This document shows positions 45,867-52,196 of a DNA stretch of 52,196 nt, one piece after another. The position numbers and the translations under genes were made by a program. The DNA is from Candidatus Saganbacteria bacterium CG08_land_8_20_14_0_20_45_16 (GTDB lineage Bacteria; Margulisbacteria; WOR-1; O2-12-FULL-45-9), in assembly GCA_002774365.1 (NCBI GenBank), contig PEYM01000002.1, positions 1 to 52,196 of the forward strand. Reading direction: 5' to 3'. The first letter of the stretch is position 1, and every line of letters begins with the position of its first letter. The notes under the pieces were generated by a model. The model saw only the letters and a program-made list of their open reading frames with translations, did no database searches and was not told the DNA's origin.

Positions 45867-48698
45867 ATGGAGTATAAAAAGACTTTAAACCTGCCGCAAA
45901 CCGACTTTCCTATCCGGGCTAAACTAGCTGAAATCGAAGCGGAAATGACAGCTTTTTGGGCCAAGCAAGATGTTTATCATCAAATGGGGAAGAGATTCGA
46001 CCTTCGAAATTCGAAAGCCGATAGTCGTTATATTCTCCATGATGGCCCACCATATCCCAACGGAGATATTCACCTGGGCCACGCGCTCAACAAAATCCTC
46101 AAAGATATAATTGTTAAGTATAAATCTATGCAAGGGTTTTATGCTCCTTATGTTCCTGGTTGGGACTGCCACGGTTTACCCATTGAAACTCAGTTGATTA
46201 AAGACTTAGGTGAGGACGAGAGAAATAAATTTCGAGAGCCTGCTCACAAAGTTGAATTTCGGAAAAGATGCAAAGAGTACGCCCTAAAATATGTTGATTT
46301 GCAAAGGACGGAATTTAAGCGCTTGGGGATTTTTGGCGAATGGGACAAGCCGTATTTAACAATTAATTATGAATATGAAGCTAAAATTATTGAGCTTTTC
46401 GGGGTCTTAGCTGAAAAGGGTTATATCTATCGCGGGTTAAAGCCAATCCATTGGTGTCCGCATTGTGAGACAGCTTTAGCCGAGGCTGAGATTGAGTATG
46501 AGGATGATAAGTCGCCGTCGATTTTTGTCAGATTTAAGGTTTCAAGGGACCAGGGTACCAAGGGATCAAAGGACTGGATGCCTCGAAACCTTGATCCCTC
46601 GATGCCTCTTTCTTTAGTGATTTGGACCACAACACCATGGACCTTGCCGGCTAATGTGGCGATTGCTGCTCATCCGGAATATGAATATGTTTTTTTAAAA
46701 TCCGAAATCCTAAATCCTAAATCCGAACAAGGAGAGGTATATATTATTGCCGAGGGGTTGGTTGAGGAGTTTGTTAAGAAATTAGAGCTTAAGGAATATA
46801 AAATTATTGGCAAGATGTCAGGAAAAAATCTTGAAGGGGTCAAATACCAGCACCCCTTTATTGAGCGCGAAGGTCAGGTGGTACTTGATACTTATGTCAC
46901 GCTAGAACAGGGGACAGGCTTGGTCCACATTGCGCCAGGACATGGGATGGAAGACTACGGGGTCGGCTTAAAATACAAGCTTCCAATTGTGATGCCGGTT
47001 AATGCCATGGGGCATTTTGACAGCTCGGTCCCAGATTTTATCCAGGGGAAATTTTATGCTGGCGCTAATAAAATCATTACTGAAAAAATGCAGCAAGATG
47101 GCTCGCTTTTAAAGCTTGAATTCATGAAGCATTCATACCCACATTGCTGGCGTTGCAAAAAACCAGTGATCTTCCGCGCGACCGAGCAGTGGTTTGTTTC
47201 AGTGGACCATAATAATATGCGTGGAGAAGCGCTCAAGGCTATTGGTCACACTAAGTGGTTTCCGGCCTGGGGGGAGAACAGAATTCGTGGGATGGTTGAA
47301 GGTCGGCCTGACTGGTGTATTTCGCGTCAGCGCAGTTGGGGGGTGCCGATCCCTGTTTTCTATTGCCAAAAATGCCAGAAACCACACATGACTGGTGAGT
47401 TTAATCAGGCAATTATTAAATTAGTTAAAGAACACGGGACTAATGGTTGGTTTGCCAAAGAGGTCAAAGATATCTTGCCGGCCAATCTTAAATGCGATTG
47501 CGGCGGCACTGAATTTACCAAAGAAACAGATATTCTTGATGTCTGGTTTGAGTCTGGTTCGTCTCATGCGGCCGTGCTGGAGCAAAGAGCCGATCTTAGC
47601 TGGCCAGCTGATCTATATCTTGAAGGCTCTGACCAACATCGTGGCTGGTTTCAAACTTCGCTCTTGCTTGGTATTGGTTATAAAGGCAAGGCCCCATTTA
47701 AGGCGGTCTTAACCCACGGGTTTACAGTTGATGATAAGGGCAAGAAAATGAGCAAGTCTTTGGGCAATGTGATTTCGCCTCAGGAAGTTGTTAAGGAGTA
47801 TGGGGCGGATATTTTGCGGCTGTGGGTTGCCTCGACTGATTTCCGCAATGATATGGCGGCCTCGCAAAATATCTTAAAACAAGTGCGCGAGGCGTATCTT
47901 AAGATTCGTAATACTTGTCGGTTTCTTTTGAGTAATTTGGGGGATTTTAATTGCGAGCCACGAGCCACGAGCCACGAGTTACTAGAGATCGACAGATGGA
48001 TCTTGTTAAAGCTTAATCGTTTGATTGAGCTGGTAACTAAGGCTTATGATAGCTTTGAATTTCATGTTGTCTATCACTCGCTCTATGATTTTTGTGTTAA
48101 TGACTTGTCAGCTTTTTATCTAGATATGTCTAAAGACAGGCTTTATTGCGATGCTAAGGATGCGGTCTCTCGCACGTCTGCGCAATTTGCCATGCGAGAA
48201 ATCCTGATGGCGTTGATTAAGTTGATGTCGCCGGTACTTTCGTTTACAGCTGAGGATATTTATAAGTATGTAACCAGTAACCAGTTACCTGTAACCAGTG
48301 TGTTTTTGCTTGATTTTCCAAAAGTTGACAAGAAGTACCTTGATGAGCAGCTAGAGGCAAAGTGGGAAAAGATTTTAAAGCTAAGGGAAGAGGTTTATCA
48401 ATTAATTGAAAAGAAGCGGGCGGCCAAGGAAATTTCTGCTTCAGTTGAGGCTTTGGTTGAAATTGGGACAGAGGGCCGAGAGTGGCTAAAAGAGGTTGAG
48501 GCATTTTTGCCTATGGTCTTGATTGTTTCTCAGGTCAAACTTGTGGCAGGCAAGCAAATTGTGGTCAAACATGCTGATGGAAAAAAATGCGTTCGCTGTT
48601 GGCTCTGGAGTGAAACAGTTGGCCAAAACTCTAGTCACCCTGAGCTGTGTCAAAGATGTGCTAAGGTGGTCATGACTAAATTCGGGGATCAAGTATAG
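45867..48698 (+). CDS. ileS: isoleucyl-tRNA synthetase
   Basis: HDGPPY, HLGH, WTTTPWT, KMSKS and C-terminal CVRC...CQRC zinc finger. Confidence 0.98.
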   Translation: MEYKKTLNLPQTDFPIRAKLAEIEAEMTAFWAKQDVYHQMGKRFDLRNSKADSRYILHDGPPYPNGDIHLGHALNKILKDIIVKYKSMQGFYAPYVPGWDCHGLPIETQLIKDLGEDERNKFREPAHKVEFRKRCKEYALKYVDLQRTEFKRLGIFGEWDKPYLTINYEYEAKIIELFGVLAEKGYIYRGLKPIHWCPHCETALAEAEIEYEDDKSPSIFVRFKVSRDQGTKGSKDWMPRNLDPSMPLSLVIWTTTPWTLPANVAIAAHPEYEYVFLKSEILNPKSEQGEVYIIAEGLVEEFVKKLELKEYKIIGKMSGKNLEGVKYQHPFIEREGQVVLDTYVTLEQGTGLVHIAPGHGMEDYGVGLKYKLPIVMPVNAMGHFDSSVPDFIQGKFYAGANKIITEKMQQDGSLLKLEFMKHSYPHCWRCKKPVIFRATEQWFVSVDHNNMRGEALKAIGHTKWFPAWGENRIRGMVEGRPDWCISRQRSWGVPIPVFYCQKCQKPHMTGEFNQAIIKLVKEHGTNGWFAKEVKDILPANLKCDCGGTEFTKETDILDVWFESGSSHAAVLEQRADLSWPADLYLEGSDQHRGWFQTSLLLGIGYKGKAPFKAVLTHGFTVDDKGKKMSKSLGNVISPQEVVKEYGADILRLWVASTDFRNDMAASQNILKQVREAYLKIRNTCRFLLSNLGDFNCEPRATSHELLEIDRWILLKLNRLIELVTKAYDSFEFHVVYHSLYDFCVNDLSAFYLDMSKDRLYCDAKDAVSRTSAQFAMREILMALIKLMSPVLSFTAEDIYKYVTSNQLPVTSVFLLDFPKVDKKYLDEQLEAKWEKILKLREEVYQLIEKKRAAKEISASVEALVEIGTEGREWLKEVEAFLPMVLIVSQVKLVAGKQIVVKHADGKKCVRCWLWSETVGQNSSHPELCQRCAKVVMTKFGDQV
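45996..48297. repeat. five separate in-frame 7/8-nt tandem arrays within ileS
   Basis: TTCGAAA (45996-46023), CAAGGGAC plus inverted CCTCGATG (46543-46608), AAATCCT (46698-46725), CGAGCCA (47954-47981), GTAACCA (48270-48297). Confidence 0.85.
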
Positions 48699-48800
48699 AA
48701 TTAACTGTTTTAAGCTAGTAAAGAAATAATTGGCTGTTGTCTTCCAGTTAAACAGGGCTTGAGCTCTTTCGCTTAGATTTTTATTGATTTTCACATATTA

Positions 48801-48827
48801 TTATCGCCATGGTTTTGGGAAATTTCA
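48801..48827 (-). promoter_or_regulatory. sigma-28-like motif TGAAATTT-N11-GGCGATAA
   Basis: Minus strand reads TGAAATTT CCCAAAACCAT GGCGATAA, followed by GTG 48794. Confidence 0.6.
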
Positions 48828-48868
48828 GTTCAATTGAGCGCTATTTTATGTTAAAATAATTTTTCTAG

Positions 48869-50233
<1,365 letters not shown>

Positions 50234-50236
50234 GAT

Positions 50237-50271
50237 AAATGTCAAATGACAAATTACAAATGACAAATGAA
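50237..50271 (+). repeat. heptamer array (AAATGAC x5) forming the gene start
   Basis: Encodes MSNDKLQMTNE. Confidence 0.85.
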
Positions 50272-50619
50272 GGTAAACTATTAGAAGAGAGAGAGAATGT
50301 TATTCAGGAAGAAGAAGGGTTGTGGGCCAAGTTGAATGCCAGCGTGCTAAGGCTGGGGGAGCTGATGGAGAAAGCTAGAATTGACGAGTACACCTCAATG
50401 TTTACCCGTCCCTGGCGGTTCTTTTTTGTTAATTTTATTGGAGGGATATTTCGAGGTTTTGGGATCGCCGTGGGGATGACAATTGTGGCGGCGATAGTGC
50501 TTTATGTTTTTGCCAAGGTTTTAGTCCACATGGTTGATTTGCCTATCATTGGGATGTATATTGCTGAGCTGGTTAAATTTGTTAACCAGTATATTCAACA
50601 GGGGGTCACGGGGCACTGA
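50239..50619 (+). CDS. small membrane protein (DUF5665-like)
   Basis: EY....RPWR....NF.GGI.RG.G..VG.T and LPIIG.YIA motifs. Confidence 0.7.
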   Translation: MSNDKLQMTNEGKLLEERENVIQEEEGLWAKLNASVLRLGELMEKARIDEYTSMFTRPWRFFFVNFIGGIFRGFGIAVGMTIVAAIVLYVFAKVLVHMVDLPIIGMYIAELVKFVNQYIQQGVTGH

Positions 50620-51122
50620 TGTTGTTTTATCTGCTGGCGCTGGTTATCCTAGTGTTTGATCAGATTTTTAAGTACCTTGTCTATCATCTAATGTATTTTG
50701 GTCAGTCTGTTCCTTTATATTCCAATTTTCTCAAATTAACTTATGTGCGTAACACTGGCGCGGCTTTTTCTCTTTTTGTGGGTTTCTCTTCTTATCTAAT
50801 TGTGGTTGGGGTCATTGTGGTGCTGGCGGTTATCTACTTCCACCATCGCCTCTCGCCAAGAAATTATTGGATGCAAGTGGCTTTGGCTTTTGTTCTAGGT
50901 GGTAGTTTGGGTAATTTGCTGGACCGGATCTTTCGGTTTTATGTTATTGATTATATTGATATTACGATCTGGCCGGTCTTTAATTTTGCTGACATTATAA
51001 TCAATGTTGGGGTTATCATGATAGTCTTGAAATTGTTTGAAAAAGAGGCTAGTGAGGTCCATGAGATCAATGAAGAAGAGCGTTTTATTAAGGGGTTAGA
51101 GCATGTATCCGATCTTGACTAA
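50619..51122 (+). CDS. lspA: lipoprotein signal peptidase II
   Basis: DQ..K, NTGAAFS, GNLLDR, VIDY and FNFAD motifs. Confidence 0.95.
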   Translation: MLFYLLALVILVFDQIFKYLVYHLMYFGQSVPLYSNFLKLTYVRNTGAAFSLFVGFSSYLIVVGVIVVLAVIYFHHRLSPRNYWMQVALAFVLGGSLGNLLDRIFRFYVIDYIDITIWPVFNFADIIINVGVIMIVLKLFEKEASEVHEINEEERFIKGLEHVSDLD

Positions 51123-51852
51123 TCTTGGCCCGTTGGCAATCCATTCTTATGGTGTGATGGTGGCTTTGGGGTATTTGCTGGGAATTCTGGTTTCTTTGTT
51201 TTATGCTCGCAAAGAGGGGCTAGCCGCGGAAACAATCCTTGATCTAGCAGTCTGGGTGATTATTTCTGGGATAATTGGGGCTAGATTGTTTTATGTTATT
51301 GGCCAATGGGGTGATTATCGTCATAATCTTTTGGATATTGTTATGATCCAAAAGGGCGGGCTGGTAATTTTGGGTGGATTTTTAACTAATTTGTTAGTAG
51401 TATCGCTTTATTGCCGAGCTAAAAAAATTCTTTTGCTTAAGCTTTTTGACACCTTAGCCCCAGCTGCTGCCCTGGGCCTGGCCATTGGCCGCATTGGTTG
51501 TTTTTTGAATGGTTGCTGTTTTGGCTTGCCAACTAATTTGCCTTGGGGCTTAAAATTTCCCTTTGGTTCCTTGGCCCACTCCTACTTTCCTAATGAGGTC
51601 ATCCACCCGACCCAGCTTTATTCGAGTTTTTTACTGCTCTTAGTCTTTTTAGTGGTAACAATTATTATTTATCCGCGCAAAAAATATGATGGCCAGGTCT
51701 TTTATTGGTGGTTGATTCTTTACTCGCTCTATCGCTTTACTGTTGAGTTCTTCCGTTACAGCCCCATGCACTGGCTAACGCTCACCCCGTCGCAGTGGGT
51801 GGTGATTGGCTTGTTTGGATGTGGGGTGGTTGGTCTGCTGAAGAGACGGTAA
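51103..51852 (+). CDS. lgt: prolipoprotein diacylglyceryl transferase
   Basis: YG, GARLFYV, GRIGCFLNGCC.G, HPTQLY and RF.VEFFR motifs. Confidence 0.95.
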   Translation: MYPILTNLGPLAIHSYGVMVALGYLLGILVSLFYARKEGLAAETILDLAVWVIISGIIGARLFYVIGQWGDYRHNLLDIVMIQKGGLVILGGFLTNLLVVSLYCRAKKILLLKLFDTLAPAAALGLAIGRIGCFLNGCCFGLPTNLPWGLKFPFGSLAHSYFPNEVIHPTQLYSSFLLLLVFLVVTIIIYPRKKYDGQVFYWWLILYSLYRFTVEFFRYSPMHWLTLTPSQWVVIGLFGCGVVGLLKRR

Positions 51853-51923
51853 AAAGTGTGAGTGTGAGAGTGAGTGTGAGTAGTGAGTAGAAAAAATCAA
51901 GATTCAAGACACACACTTCACAT

Positions 51924-52163
51924 TCAAGACTTTTTTAGTAGGTTTGGAGGGGTAACACCTAACGACTCTGCTAATTTTAAAAATACGGATATCGAGACAT
52001 TCCTTTTCCCATGCTCAATTGTTTGAATGTATTTTGGATGCAAGCCGCATTTATCCGCAAAGGCTTCTATTGTTAACTTGTCTTTTTTGCGCAGGGCTTT
52101 AATTTCGTTTCCGAGTGAACTCAAAAGTTTCTTGTTCGGACTGGGAAAAGAAAGGGCTTTCAT
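51924..52163 (-). CDS. XRE-family HTH transcriptional regulator
   Basis: IKALRK...TIEAFA...GLHPKYI..IE.G.RN.S pattern. Confidence 0.88.
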   Translation of the reverse strand: MKALSFPSPNKKLLSSLGNEIKALRKKDKLTIEAFADKCGLHPKYIQTIEHGKRNVSISVFLKLAESLGVTPPNLLKKS

Positions 52164-52196
52164 AAGGACATTATCGTATCTCCGGGTGTATAATTA

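Noticed and set aside
82-47968. Numerous 60-140 aa ORFs overlapping or antisense to identified genes
   Set aside because: They have no motifs or SD sites and are explained as alternative-frame shadows of well-supported CDSs.

Overview
This is a 52-kb bacterial chromosomal segment from a diderm organism. The gene set and style suggest a Terrabacteria lineage related to Cyanobacteria, such as Saganbacteria/Margulisbacteria (inference only). The backbone consists of a type IV pilin with downstream GT-C/GT2 glycosylation genes; proS-purF-purM-purN and purH; an outer-membrane protein; rpmE-prfA-prmC; a ~22-kb envelope/LPS cluster (GT2, GT9, ArnT/PMT-like, DUF2079, two LpxB-like proteins, LpxL-like, MsbA); thrC; and ileS-ahcY-lspA-lgt. 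No rRNA, tRNA, CRISPR array or transposase was seen. Three layers of structure are not explained by the gene list. (1) A bipartite motif TGAAATTT-N14/15-GATA, resembling a sigma-28 promoter, precedes six scattered orphan, divergent or decaying genes wedged between housekeeping genes, which suggests a hidden alternative-sigma regulon. (2) At least a dozen short 7/8-nt tandem-repeat arrays of different sequence lie in-frame inside protein genes, five of them in ileS, and some are arranged as inverted pairs. (3) A REP-like palindromic element occurs both between genes and in-frame within a gene. Other observations include a possible new helical-repeat protein, an internally deleted HEPN toxin, a poly-G tract in a promoter spacer, and many apparently leaderless genes.
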